A stretch of 45,343 nt of DNA from a virus (lineage: Duplodnaviria > Caudoviricetes). The position numbers were made by a program, and so were the translations under genes. This document shows, piece by piece, positions 17,326 to 26,543 of this stretch (positions within the stretch are counted from its first letter, which is position 1; every line of letters begins with the position of its first letter). The notes beneath the pieces were generated by a model. That model was not told the DNA's origin. It saw nothing but the letters and a program-made list of their open reading frames with translations, and made no database searches. The DNA is taken from the IMG/VR virus record IMGVR_UViG_3300027790_000038, positions 1-45,343 of that record; one strand, written 5' to 3'.

Positions 17326-17975
17326 GACGTCTCCTCCAGAGCGGTCAGGTGCTGTAGACGGTACGTCATCTGTCCCACATGACCGCACTCCTTCGACAGG
17401 TCGTGGTCCACGAAGATCCGGTGACCGAGCTGCTCCCGCACTAGACGGCTGAAGAAGATGTCTTCACCCATGAACTGGTCTTCGGCTGGTATGTACTCCT
17501 GGGCGAACCACGGACGTGGCACGTCGGCCAGCCCCCGGAAGTCGCGCATCCGCATGAGGACCATCCCGAAGCCGACACCCTCTACCTCTTCGAGTCCTTC
17601 CGTACCTTCGTCGGTACGCAAATACACCCCCGGTGGGCCGATCTGCTTGATCGCGACCGGGTGTCCCCCAACCTCACGGGTCGAATAGTTGATCCCGACC
17701 ATAGGCAGGTTGTGCTGCATCAGGAGGACCAGCGATTCCTTCGGGAAGGTCATGTCGCTGTCGAGCCAGAGCACGTAATCGAGGTCCGGGTCAGCGAGTG
17801 CCATGTCCATCAACTGGGAGCGCGCGGTGTGCGTGTATGTCCCCGTGACGCCTGTGATGCCGAAGGTCGTCCCCTCAGGCATGAACCCCGCGGTAAACGA
17901 CGTCAGCTGCGCCAGGTGATACGCGAACATGAATGGGACATTCTCGTGGCTGGGGATGAGGATAAGGACCTTCAA
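17322..17975 (-). CDS. Glycosyltransferase, GT-A fold (GT2-like)
   Basis: DxD motif LWLDSDMTFP, GVGFGMVL, GEDIFF and GHVG. TTG start. Confidence 0.85.
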   Translation of the reverse strand: MKVLILIPSHENVPFMFAYHLAQLTSFTAGFMPEGTTFGITGVTGTYTHTARSQLMDMALADPDLDYVLWLDSDMTFPKESLVLLMQHNLPMVGINYSTREVGGHPVAIKQIGPPGVYLRTDEGTEGLEEVEGVGFGMVLMRMRDFRGLADVPRPWFAQEYIPAEDQFMGEDIFFSRLVREQLGHRIFVDHDLSKECGHVGQMTYRLQHLTALEETS

Positions 17976-18298
17976 CGGTCACTCCTTTTCGATAGCTTGG
18001 TGGGGTGAGTGCGGAACGCACGCTGGTCGGGGTCGTCGAGCCACTTCCGAAACGCTTTCTCATCCTCGCGGATATGCTTCGGGAGCCCGTAGTAGATGTG
18101 GAGAGGGATCGATGCAACCATCTCGCCGTCACGCGCGCAGCGTGCGCGCTCATCGGTCATGTTCATGTGGGCCTTGTTCGCCTCTACGATGTCCGTGACG
18201 TCCACGATCTTCTCGATGTGACCGTCACCCGTGTAGGGGTCGGCGTGCATGATGGTGCGGCTCTTCGTAACCGGGTCGTCCTTCAGGATCATCCCCAT
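17972..18298 (-). CDS. Conserved phage hypothetical protein typically downstream of this MCP type
   Basis: DVTDIVEANK...VASIP...FRKWLDDPDQRAFRT. GGAG RBS before the ATG at 18298. Confidence 0.7.
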   Translation of the reverse strand: MGMILKDDPVTKSRTIMHADPYTGDGHIEKIVDVTDIVEANKAHMNMTDERARCARDGEMVASIPLHIYYGLPKHIREDEKAFRKWLDDPDQRAFRTHPTKLSKRSDR

Positions 18299-18864
18299 GG
18301 TACTCTCCAAGTGAGGGTGAGGCCGGCCCCGGCGCACACCTCGTTTCCAGTGCAGAGGCCCACGAAGACTCCAGCTCCGAGTTCCGGTTCCCACCAGTCA
18401 TCGGCGCCGGGTACATCCTCGATCACCCCCTTCAGTGCAGCGACGGACACCTGAGACGCAGTGAGTGCCGTCCGCAGGATCACGGTGCTCTCCCGCAGGG
18501 CGGCGTTCGCTTGGCGCAGGGCGCTGTTTTCGATGATGAGGTCATCGATGATCTCATCACGTGGCTGGACGAAAGGGGCAGCGATAGCCGGGACCTCCAC
18601 CTCACGGATTTCCCCCACCCGTTCCCGGATCCGCTGCCCCAATTCGTCAGCCACTTCTTCTGCGGCTGCAGCGCGTGCCTCAGCGGAATCCGCCCGGAGG
18701 GTCGCGCTCGCTGCCGCAGCGGACCCCGCCCTCACCTCTGTGAGGACGGAGTCCCTCGTCTCTTCCCACTCAGCCCAGTCCGCCCGGTGGGCGAACTCCG
18801 AACGTGCGGCGTACCACGTCAGGCCGAGCAGTAGGGCGACGAGCCCAAACTCACGCCGGGTCAC
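18289..18864 (-). CDS. Membrane-anchored coiled-coil protein, spanin candidate
   Basis: N-terminal TM helix, long Ala-rich coiled coil and C-terminal amphipathic beta-hairpin (LGAGVFVGL...AGAGLTLTW). Confidence 0.55.
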   Translation of the reverse strand: MTRREFGLVALLLGLTWYAARSEFAHRADWAEWEETRDSVLTEVRAGSAAAASATLRADSAEARAAAAEEVADELGQRIRERVGEIREVEVPAIAAPFVQPRDEIIDDLIIENSALRQANAALRESTVILRTALTASQVSVAALKGVIEDVPGADDWWEPELGAGVFVGLCTGNEVCAGAGLTLTWRVPWG

Positions 18865-19374
18865 TCAGTCCACTGCCGGCGTCAGCAGCTTCAGGTGTGA
18901 CATCACCTCCGAGTTGATCTGGTTGTAGGCGAACATCTCCTCCGCCCAGACTGCCAGACTGCCCGCGCCATTCTCCAGCGTGGCGTTGTCCAGTGTGACA
19001 CCCGAGGTCCCTGCCGTGCAGGGGATGTAGTTCCCCTGCTCACCCGGCGCGTGCGCGATGATCGTGACCACTTCCTGCGCGGTATCCATCTGGGCGTGGA
19101 CCATCGTATTGCGCGTCATGGACGCAGCGTAGTCGGTCCCCGCGCCAACCGCAGACTCTCCCTCGTTCGAGAGATTGATTGCGGCGACCAGGTTGGCCAC
19201 CGTGTCAGCGATCGTCGCTCCGATATGGAAGTTCCCATCGGAGTCCGTCAGCGTCGCTTGCGCCGTGTACGTCTTTCCTGCGATCACCACCGTCTCACCG
19301 TTGGTCAGCTCACCGGCGGCGTCGATGGTGTAGAAGGTCGAAGCCTTCACAGGTACTGCAGTTACGAGACTCAT
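18865..19374 (-). CDS. Virion structural protein, possibly capsid decoration
   Basis: Directly after the MCP with a strong GGAGG RBS. GETVVIAGKTYT...FHIGAT..DTVANLVAAIN. Confidence 0.6.
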   Translation of the reverse strand: MSLVTAVPVKASTFYTIDAAGELTNGETVVIAGKTYTAQATLTDSDGNFHIGATIADTVANLVAAINLSNEGESAVGAGTDYAASMTRNTMVHAQMDTAQEVVTIIAHAPGEQGNYIPCTAGTSGVTLDNATLENGAGSLAVWAEEMFAYNQINSEVMSHLKLLTPAVD

Positions 19375-19409
19375 GTTGATCCCCCTCCTTTGGGGCTCAG
19401 GACGTTTGG

Positions 19410-19438
19410 GGGCCAGGTAGTGTCACCCTGACCCCCAG
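19410..19438 (-). other. Stem-loop just downstream of the MCP stop (mRNA-stabilising element or weak terminator)
   Basis: On the minus strand, TGGGGGTCAGG can pair with CCTGGCCCCCA. No U-tract. Confidence 0.45.
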
Positions 19439-19442
19439 TGCT

Positions 19443-20414
19443 TTACGCGGCGTCCAGATCGAAGGCACCACCGAGACCCGCCTCATTGCGGACCTTCATG
19501 GTGTATTCGACAATCATCATGCGCTTCTCAGCGTCACCCGTCGGCGCGAGCTTCTTGGTGCGGTGTCCACGCAGGTAGATGGCTTCCACCATCGCCCAGT
19601 CGATGAACCACGCGTCCCGCTCACGCTGCAGGCGGTTCGGGATGACCCGGAGGGTCCCGAAGTCACTGACGTAAACGTCAGCCGAAGCGATGATCGCCGT
19701 CGGACGCGGGGAGACATTCGACAGGTCGAAGTTCCGCGTCGCGATCCCGGTAAATCCGGAGACGACGGTCTTGTTGAACGGTCCCACCATCAGGGTACGG
19801 AACTTCGCCCCGTTGGAGTACCCGCTCTGCATGATCGCCTTGGCGATCGTCTCGGTGAACGGGCGCTGCGTACCATCGGTACGCGCGGCGCTCGGCACAC
19901 CAGAGGTGTACGTCGGATCTGCCCCACCCGAGCCGAAGCTCGTGTTGGTCTTCAGCCAAGCGCTCAGCGCGGACAGTCGCCGTGCCGTTCCCACACCACC
20001 AGCGTTTCCGCCCTGTGCGCGCAGGAAGATCGTTTCCTGATCGAGCTTCAGCTCAGAACCACGCTTGGCCAGCTGGTATGCCAGCTCGGAGCGCCGTCCT
20101 GCCTTGTCCACCTCTTCGAGCGTGTCCGACAGAATCAGCGTCTTACGGCTGATCTGCATGTACGCACCCACACGGACAGTCGCCGCGGGAGTGGTGAACG
20201 ACGCATCGTCACCTTCGAGCTGGGCGTTGTCGCCGTCAGGCGTCGCCAGCGTGTCCGTCTGCCACTCTTCGAGCGTCTGGGAACCCTTCGGCCCCCGGCC
20301 CATCCCACTCATGTACGGAGTGTCTTCCGGATCGATATTGTAGATCGTGTCGTGAAGCTTCTCACGCAGACCCTGCATGTCGTACCGCGTCGCGGTACCT
20401 GAAATCAGTGCCAT
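19443..20414 (-). CDS. Major capsid protein (DUF5309 / SU10-like, HK97 fold)
   Basis: GLREKL.DTIYNIDPEDTP, EWQTDTL...NAQLEGDD, AGRRSELAYQLAK...ELKLD.E, DVYVSDFG and LAPTGDAEKRM..VEY. Confidence 0.93.
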   Translation of the reverse strand: MALISGTATRYDMQGLREKLHDTIYNIDPEDTPYMSGMGRGPKGSQTLEEWQTDTLATPDGDNAQLEGDDASFTTPAATVRVGAYMQISRKTLILSDTLEEVDKAGRRSELAYQLAKRGSELKLDQETIFLRAQGGNAGGVGTARRLSALSAWLKTNTSFGSGGADPTYTSGVPSAARTDGTQRPFTETIAKAIMQSGYSNGAKFRTLMVGPFNKTVVSGFTGIATRNFDLSNVSPRPTAIIASADVYVSDFGTLRVIPNRLQRERDAWFIDWAMVEAIYLRGHRTKKLAPTGDAEKRMMIVEYTMKVRNEAGLGGAFDLDAA

Positions 20415-20461
20415 TTCCTCTTCATCCCCTCACCTTGGTGCTCAGGACCGGCCTCTAACGA

Positions 20462-21577
20462 TTAGAGGTCCGCGCCATCCTCGAGCATCCCCTCAAACAA
20501 GCTGGCCGCGTCCTGCACTCGGCCAGTACGAGCCACACGATTGGCACGTCGCTGATCTCTCTTCTTGTTGGCCCGGCGGCGCGTCCCCTTCTTCGGGGTC
20601 CTGCCACGTTTCTCGCCGCTTGGTTTCAGGTTCCGGCTGCGGCGCTTCTTACGGAGGAGCTTCTTACCGCCCTTCTCCATCTCGATGCCCCGCTTGGCGG
20701 CCCGGAGGGCCAAGATGACACGGTGGTCGTTCACACCAGCCAACTCCTCCTTCGTGAAACCGAGGTGCTCCACAGCGAAATCGCTGATCTCCCCGATCTC
20801 TCCCGCCATCACCTTCTGGTCCTTGCCCCATGCAGGGATCGCCCTGAGCAGAAGTTCGTGCTGCTCCGCAACGTAGTCGCTGTGCGCGTCCGCTGCGGAC
20901 TTCTGCGCCTTCTGCGCTTCAGCTTCCGCCTCCGCTTTCACGGCCTCCTGGACCTTCACCCTCTTCTGATGTGCTGCGAACAACGCCGCGAACTCATTCG
21001 GCCTGTCTCTCTGGACCTGCTCCCAATCCGGTTCCCCGGGCGCGAGCTGATCCAGCGCTTTCTGCATCAGATCCAACTTTTCAGAGTACTCAGTCTGTTG
21101 TGCCCGTACGCTCGACATCGCATCGCGATGTTCCGCGGCTTCCTTCTGCCGCGTCCGCGTCAGGTACTCGGTTCGCGAATATCCCGCGACCAGCTCCTCG
21201 TAATCGACTTCGAGTTCCTCCCCGTCAACCTTGACGACGTGGAGTTCGTCATCTTCATACTCGTCACCGCTCGCTTCGTCTTCGTCTTCCTCGTACTCGA
21301 AGTCGTCGTCTTCATCCTCGAAGTCGTCGTCTTCATCCTCGGAGTCACGGCTGTCGTCGTTCCGATCGTCTTCCGAGTGTGACCCGTCCTCATCATCGGG
21401 GTCCTCGTCCTCGTCATCACCACCTGAAGGGCGTTTGCCCTTCTCGGCGAATTCGGGGTCCGAGCCCAAGAGTTCGAACAGGCTGCTTTCCGCTGTATCC
21501 ACCGATTCGCGCTCCTCTGCCGTCTTTTCCCACGGCATGACGAGTTCTGCGTCTGGTGTCGCTGGCGGTTTACTCAT
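20462..21577 (-). CDS. Scaffolding protein
   Basis: Between portal and MCP. Acidic N-terminus, VKVDGEELEV...EL..GYSR..Y.R..Q, coiled coil and basic C-terminus. Confidence 0.85.
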   Translation of the reverse strand: MSKPPATPDAELVMPWEKTAEERESVDTAESSLFELLGSDPEFAEKGKRPSGGDDEDEDPDDEDGSHSEDDRNDDSRDSEDEDDDFEDEDDDFEYEEDEDEASGDEYEDDELHVVKVDGEELEVDYEELVAGYSRTEYLTRTRQKEAAEHRDAMSSVRAQQTEYSEKLDLMQKALDQLAPGEPDWEQVQRDRPNEFAALFAAHQKRVKVQEAVKAEAEAEAQKAQKSAADAHSDYVAEQHELLLRAIPAWGKDQKVMAGEIGEISDFAVEHLGFTKEELAGVNDHRVILALRAAKRGIEMEKGGKKLLRKKRRSRNLKPSGEKRGRTPKKGTRRRANKKRDQRRANRVARTGRVQDAASLFEGMLEDGADL

Positions 21578-21588
21578 TTTCTACTCCA

Positions 21589-21633
21589 AATATAGAGGCC
21601 ATTGCTCTGGAGGTCGTTGACCGAAGTGCCAAC
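21589..21633 (-). promoter_or_regulatory. Putative late promoter 3 (scaffold/MCP unit)
   Basis: GTTGGCACTTCGGTCAACGACC-N17-TATATT. The 22-bp box is identical to 30473-30494. Confidence 0.8.
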
Positions 21634-21644
21634 GTACCCCTGCC

Positions 21645-21941
21645 CTATCCGTCGAGCGCTTGCTCGCGTTGATCGCGGACAGCGGCGGCGTGGTGGCCGT
21701 CGTTGATGATCGCCCGTAGGACATCGTCGAAGAAATCCAGGGCGTTGAACGTGGCGTGGAGTTTCTCTCGCTCACTCACGTCTTCCGGGGCAGTCGCTGC
21801 CCAAGCTTCGATAATCCGGAGGCGTACCTCGTTGCGGACTTCCTGTGCAACCTCAGATGTCAGGAGACGGTCCGCTTCCACACCACGGGTGATCACCTGC
21901 TCTGGGGTCATGTCACGTGCTGGGGGGTTCAGGTCCAACAT
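21645..21941 (-). CDS. Small conserved protein between portal and scaffold
   Basis: 98 aa. ADRLL...IIEAW..T..ED..EREKL pattern and position. Confidence 0.7.
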   Translation of the reverse strand: MLDLNPPARDMTPEQVITRGVEADRLLTSEVAQEVRNEVRLRIIEAWAATAPEDVSEREKLHATFNALDFFDDVLRAIINDGHHAAAVRDQREQALDG

Positions 21942-24122
21942 CTAGGCCTCTCCGGTGTTAGGCGCCGCGGCAGCGTCACGCTGCGCCGTCAGTAGTTTGA
22001 CGTCTGCGTCCATCTCCGCGCGTTCGCGGGCAACCTGCGCCTTCAGCTCCGCGTCGTTGATGTCCGCCTGGTATTTCAACTCGATCTCGCGCTCACGGAG
22101 GGTCGAATCACGTGCTTCCTTGTCGCGGGCACGATCATCTTCCATGGCCGCCTTCCACCGGTCGAGCTGCGCCTTCATCATGTCCATCTCCCGCTGCACC
22201 TGGACCTTCATCATCTCGACCTCGATGAGCTGCTCCTGTGGTGACTTCTGCGGGGGCTGCTGCGCGAGCTGCTGCTGCATCTGCTGCTCCTGCTCTTCAC
22301 CCCACGGTGCGAAGAACTCGTCGGTGTCCTTGTACCCGGCCAGCTCCGTCCACCGACGGATCAGGTTCCTCTCGTGGACCGTGTTGACGAGGGGTGAACC
22401 CTGCGCCTTCAGCTCTGACTGCTTGGCGGAGATCTTCTCAAGGGCCAGCATGCGCTCCTGCGGCGTGCCACTCCCGAGCGCGACGCTCACCCGCACGCGA
22501 CGCAGCGCGTTCCAGCTCCGGGGGTCCACCTCCACGAACTGGCCATTGATCTCGACCTCACGGGAATAGTCCTGGTGCTCCACAACCAGCTTGTAGATGC
22601 CCGCGAACAGACGCTTCATGCCTGTCTCGGCGAAGTTGCGTGCGATCATCTCCTGCATCTGCTGCGAGCGGCTCAGTGTGGCCCCCACCGCCTCCTGCGT
22701 GCTCGACTGCAGGCTATCCGGATCCAGACCCTCACCGGCGCGCGTCATGCCGATGCGGTCCGCTCTCTTGTCCTTGTAGTACTCGAGGACCGGGAGCGAC
22801 TGCGGCCCGATGAACTGCGTCGTGACCTCCCGCATCATACCCGGACGGCGCACACGGATGACCCCGGAGATCTCCGGGTTCAACACGTCGCGCATGTTCA
22901 CTTCATTGTTGACCACCTCGAGCGGGGGGTCGATCGCCTTGGCCAGACTGTTGAGCGTGCCCCGCTCGATCTGGCTGATGATCTTCTGGATGTCACGGAG
23001 GAGGTCGAAGTTGGAGAGGCCCACGATCGTGTGGGGCTCCAGTATCGGCGTGAACACCGCGAACGGGGCGTCATCCACCAGCTCGCCCGGCTCGTCGTCC
23101 GTCCCGTTGATGATCTCGAACTGCGGCCCGATGCACTCGAACTTCCGCAGCTCACCCAGACCATCACCATCCACGTCCACCTTCGCGTACGCTTCCGCGA
23201 AAACGACGACCTGTTGGCTCTTATCCTGCGGGCCACCCTCCTGTCCAAAGTCCGACGCGACGCCACCATGGTATTGACGCGCGGCGTTAAGGTCTCCGGA
23301 TCCTTTCGGGGTGAGGTGCGTGCCGGCATGCTCCATTACCAGATCTTCATCCACACCCATCGCGATCAATTCCGACGCCGGGACTTCCCGTACGTGCGCG
23401 ATCACACCCGCGCTGTCGATGTCGTTCGCGTCGGGGGTGAAGATGAACTCCTCGTTCGGCACTGCGGCCACCCGAACGCGCCCCGTCTGTGTCCACACCA
23501 CACGGGCGCTGTACATCCCCATGTGGTCCACGTCCGTGACGTCCACATCCTGTATCTCAGGGTCCTGCAGGAGCGCGTAGACCTGCGTCTCCGACAGACC
23601 AGTGAACTCCGCACCTTCAGGAGTGGGGTCTTCCTCCCACCACCATTTCACGATCCCGATACGCCGCACCAGCGCGTCCTTGAATGCGCTGTCGAGGATG
23701 ACGTAGCCCGGGTTGTCCTCCATGAAGACGTAGTTGACGTACCCCGTCTGCTTCTCCGCTTCCCCTCGGTCCTGCCGACTGTCCGGTGCGAACTCAACGA
23801 CACGGTCCGTCCCAGTGAACACCTTCATGATGCTCGCCATCTGGTTCAGCGTCGCGTCGCGAACCTCCGTGCTGACGACCTGCGACCGGCCCTCTTTCTC
23901 ATCGCCGAAGGGGCGGCCATAGTAGTAATCCGTGGCCTCCACCTGGTCGGGCTCGAGGTTCTCCTCATAATGCTGGATCGCCTCTTCGATCAGCCGGGTG
24001 ACGATCGCTTGCACATCCTCATCGGGATCCGGCCCGTCATCTTCCATGTCCCCGTCTACCGGGACTTCGATGATGTCCAGTCCGAGTCGATCCTCCATCT
24101 CCAGCTCATCCAGCGTCGGCAT
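21942..24122 (-). CDS. Portal protein (P22-like)
   Basis: DYYYGRPFGDEKEGRSQVVSTEVRD, FKDALVRRIGIVKWWW and IARNFAETGMKRLF, with a Gln-rich C-terminal barrel helix. Confidence 0.92.
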   Translation of the reverse strand: MPTLDELEMEDRLGLDIIEVPVDGDMEDDGPDPDEDVQAIVTRLIEEAIQHYEENLEPDQVEATDYYYGRPFGDEKEGRSQVVSTEVRDATLNQMASIMKVFTGTDRVVEFAPDSRQDRGEAEKQTGYVNYVFMEDNPGYVILDSAFKDALVRRIGIVKWWWEEDPTPEGAEFTGLSETQVYALLQDPEIQDVDVTDVDHMGMYSARVVWTQTGRVRVAAVPNEEFIFTPDANDIDSAGVIAHVREVPASELIAMGVDEDLVMEHAGTHLTPKGSGDLNAARQYHGGVASDFGQEGGPQDKSQQVVVFAEAYAKVDVDGDGLGELRKFECIGPQFEIINGTDDEPGELVDDAPFAVFTPILEPHTIVGLSNFDLLRDIQKIISQIERGTLNSLAKAIDPPLEVVNNEVNMRDVLNPEISGVIRVRRPGMMREVTTQFIGPQSLPVLEYYKDKRADRIGMTRAGEGLDPDSLQSSTQEAVGATLSRSQQMQEMIARNFAETGMKRLFAGIYKLVVEHQDYSREVEINGQFVEVDPRSWNALRRVRVSVALGSGTPQERMLALEKISAKQSELKAQGSPLVNTVHERNLIRRWTELAGYKDTDEFFAPWGEEQEQQMQQQLAQQPPQKSPQEQLIEVEMMKVQVQREMDMMKAQLDRWKAAMEDDRARDKEARDSTLREREIELKYQADINDAELKAQVARERAEMDADVKLLTAQRDAAAAPNTGEA

Positions 24123-24134
24123 GTTTCAGTCTCC

Positions 24135-25547
24135 TCAGACTATATTGGACAGACCACGGGACACCGGCGCGTTCCAACTCTGCCGGCCCCATCCATCCGT
24201 GTTTCCAGGTCCACCCGCTAACCCTGCGGGCTCTTCAGCGAAGGACAGAATGAACGCCTCCGCAATGTTGGGGCTTGGGTAGCCCCTCTTCTTCACATCT
24301 GCTTTGCTCTCGACGAGCACCTTACCCGTAGAGGTGTAGTCATACTTGACCAACGTCAGCTCAGCGATGAGTTGTTCGTGGATACACTCCCGTACGTCCT
24401 TGCACGTCCCATCACACACCGGGAGGACCGTCCCCCTGCCTTCGAGCCATTCACGACCCAGGAACCAGAGTTCAGTCTTCAGATTCCGGTACTTGTCCGT
24501 CAGCGTCGCCGTCTCAGCGACGTTGATCCCCCGCACGGGGAGTCCCTGCTCCGCGAGACGATCCACGACACCCGCACCCAGGCCGATGACGTCGATCAGG
24601 ATGACCTGAGGCCTCTCTTCGAAGGGTGTGTCGTCGTACTCCCTCTTCACTCGGCCCGCGGTCTGCATCAAATCCACACCCTGCCACTTCTTGATGTTCG
24701 GGAGGACCGCGATGCGGTTCCGTTTCATCAGGACGTTCCAGTCATCACCGAAACGCGCGACGTCGAGTGCCCACACCGTGGGTATCCCTTTCGGGACGAA
24801 GACCTCGCGCTGGGTCGCGGTGTGCGCCAGCTCGAAGGGGATCACCGTGTCCAGGTCGGACGTCGGGAACTCCCCGAGCGCACGCACGCGGTACTGGTTG
24901 CTGTTCTCCCCGTACCTCCGGCGCATGTCTTCGACGAAGTCGTCGCTGACACGCTCCGAGTCCTTATGGCTCACATGGATCGTACGCCACATGTCCTTCA
25001 ACTGGTTGTGCGTCTGGAAGAAGAACCCGGAGCTGCGGACGGGGTTGGACAACAGCAACGTAGTCGCTCGATGCCCTGACATTGAGCCCGCCGCAGCTTC
25101 GAAGATCTTCTCGTGGACACCTGATGCCTCATCGGCGATCAGGAGCACCCACCCCAGATCACAGTGGACACCCTGCAGCGCCTCCGGATTTTCCGCCCGC
25201 GCCGTACGCGCGGAGAAGAAGCTTTCTTCCGGTGCGGCCTTCAACTCGATCCGGTTGTTCTTCACATGGAAGAGCGCTTGGATCGGTTGTGGCAGTTTGC
25301 TGTACTGCGTGAGCACTTCCTTGACCAGTGCGTCCTCGAGCTGCCCCCGCGACGGTGCTGTGACCACCGTGTGCTGTGGGAACCTGGTGATCATCTGGTG
25401 CCAGATGAGCACGGACGCAATGAAAGTTTTCCCCGGGCCGTGACACGCTCGAATCGAGATCCGACGCTCACCCCGTCCGTACAGGCGCAGGACCTCCTCC
25501 TGCCACGGGTCGAGAATCAGTCCGAAGACTTCGATCGCGAAGAGCAC
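24135..25547 (-). CDS. terL: Terminase large subunit (may extend to a CTG at 25607)
   Basis: DPWQ, Walker A RACHGPGKT, Walker B LIADEASGV, SNP, and nuclease motifs LDVARFGDD and IDVIGLGAGVVDRL. Confidence 0.95.
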   Translation of the reverse strand: MLFAIEVFGLILDPWQEEVLRLYGRGERRISIRACHGPGKTFIASVLIWHQMITRFPQHTVVTAPSRGQLEDALVKEVLTQYSKLPQPIQALFHVKNNRIELKAAPEESFFSARTARAENPEALQGVHCDLGWVLLIADEASGVHEKIFEAAAGSMSGHRATTLLLSNPVRSSGFFFQTHNQLKDMWRTIHVSHKDSERVSDDFVEDMRRRYGENSNQYRVRALGEFPTSDLDTVIPFELAHTATQREVFVPKGIPTVWALDVARFGDDWNVLMKRNRIAVLPNIKKWQGVDLMQTAGRVKREYDDTPFEERPQVILIDVIGLGAGVVDRLAEQGLPVRGINVAETATLTDKYRNLKTELWFLGREWLEGRGTVLPVCDGTCKDVRECIHEQLIAELTLVKYDYTSTGKVLVESKADVKKRGYPSPNIAEAFILSFAEEPAGLAGGPGNTDGWGRQSWNAPVSRGLSNIV

Positions 25548-25608
25548 AGGCCCTTCCTCCCCGGCAGCGGGACCATACCGCTGCAGGAACTCATCGAAGG
25601 TGTTCAGG

Positions 25609-25863
25609 TCAGTACCCGATGATCGCGTCCGCGGCGCCGTTGGCGAGGGCCGTGATATGCGTCGCGGCGATCGGGTGCCACATGCCCGCGACGAGGTTGG
25701 GGAGCGTTACCGAATCCCCTTCGAGCGTCGTGAACGTGACATTCCCCGCTGTGCCGAGATAGACCGCCCGGCACAGACCATCTGCGAACGGGCTCGCGCT
25801 GGCTGATACCGCCACCATCTTGCTGACCGATCGGAACCAGTCGTCTCCATTGAAATCAGACAT
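25609..25863 (-). CDS. Head spike base protein, RcGTA Rcc01079-like
   Basis: 84 aa. RAVYLGTAGNVTF...GDSVTLPNLVAG..HPI...I.A matches the family pattern as recalled. Confidence 0.75.
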   Translation of the reverse strand: MSDFNGDDWFRSVSKMVAVSASASPFADGLCRAVYLGTAGNVTFTTLEGDSVTLPNLVAGMWHPIAATHITALANGAADAIIGY

Positions 25864-25865
25864 CT

Positions 25866-26543
25866 TCAGAATCCTATGCGTATTGCGTTTCGAATGAACG
25901 TCGCCGCGCGTGCGACGCCGGTGACCGGTGTGGTGGTCTCGTAGATCTTGAACGCCATGTCCTGCGAAGATGAGACGAGCCACGAAGATGTGAACCACCC
26001 GTGGTTCCCCCCGTGATCCGCTTCCGCGCCGCTTTCAACGATGAAGGTCAACCTGTTGCTGGCGTCCAACCCGGTGAGGTCGTCACCATTGACGACGAGG
26101 ACATACTGCGTGCTGTCACTGGGCTCCCACCCGGTAAGGGGGATGAAATACTCCGCCACGGAGGTCCCCATCGTGCCGGGGTCCAGGTCCACGGAAGAAA
26201 CAAGCACACCCCCTGTCGGACGGCTGCCTACACCATATATCCCGCTGTGCGCGTAGACTTCGACTTTGAACGTCCCCCCTGGAGACCCCAAACGGTATGC
26301 CCGGAGGCAAACCCCGGTGACCTCACGTGCGGAGGAGGGGGACTCCCAGCTCTGGGACAGCCTGATGTTCGTCCCGTCGATGGAACGGACGCCTGAATCG
26401 TCCGTCTCCACGAATTCGTCAGCGACAGAACCCACCGCGGTGCTACAAGCGGCGAGCGTCGCACCCCCACCACCGCCGTCCGAACCCGAACCGAAGTAGC
26501 GGGGGCCGAAGAAGCGCCCTCCGAAAAACCGGCGACCGAACAT
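25866..26543 (-). CDS. Virion appendage protein with a jelly-roll-like domain
   Basis: N-terminal FGRRFFGGRFFGPRYFG repeat and Gly linker, then LSQSW...VEVY...PTGGVL...YVLVV...DMAFKIY. Confidence 0.6.
   Translation of the reverse strand: MFGRRFFGGRFFGPRYFGSGSDGGGGGATLAACSTAVGSVADEFVETDDSGVRSIDGTNIRLSQSWESPSSAREVTGVCLRAYRLGSPGGTFKVEVYAHSGIYGVGSRPTGGVLVSSVDLDPGTMGTSVAEYFIPLTGWEPSDSTQYVLVVNGDDLTGLDASNRLTFIVESGAEADHGGNHGWFTSSWLVSSSQDMAFKIYETTTPVTGVARAATFIRNAIRIGF

Noticed and set aside
19375-19445. Read-through or frameshift extension of the MCP into the downstream gene
   Set aside because: The downstream gene is out of frame and has its own strong RBS. No clear slippery heptamer is present at the MCP end.
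21299-21340. Exact 21-bp tandem duplication
   Set aside because: It encodes part of the low-complexity acidic tract (EDEDDDF) of the scaffold, consistent with simple slippage.
21612-21633. TGGCAC in the repeated box read as a sigma54 -24 element
   Set aside because: None of the three copies has TTGC at the -12 position. All have a sigma70-like -10 at a fixed distance instead.
22575-24221. Long antisense ORFs (also 9081-10565, 8068-9384, 4304-5485, 35392-36678, 40770-42200, 41549-42823)
   Set aside because: They are shadows of well-supported genes on the opposite strand, expected at high GC3, and have no motifs or RBS.
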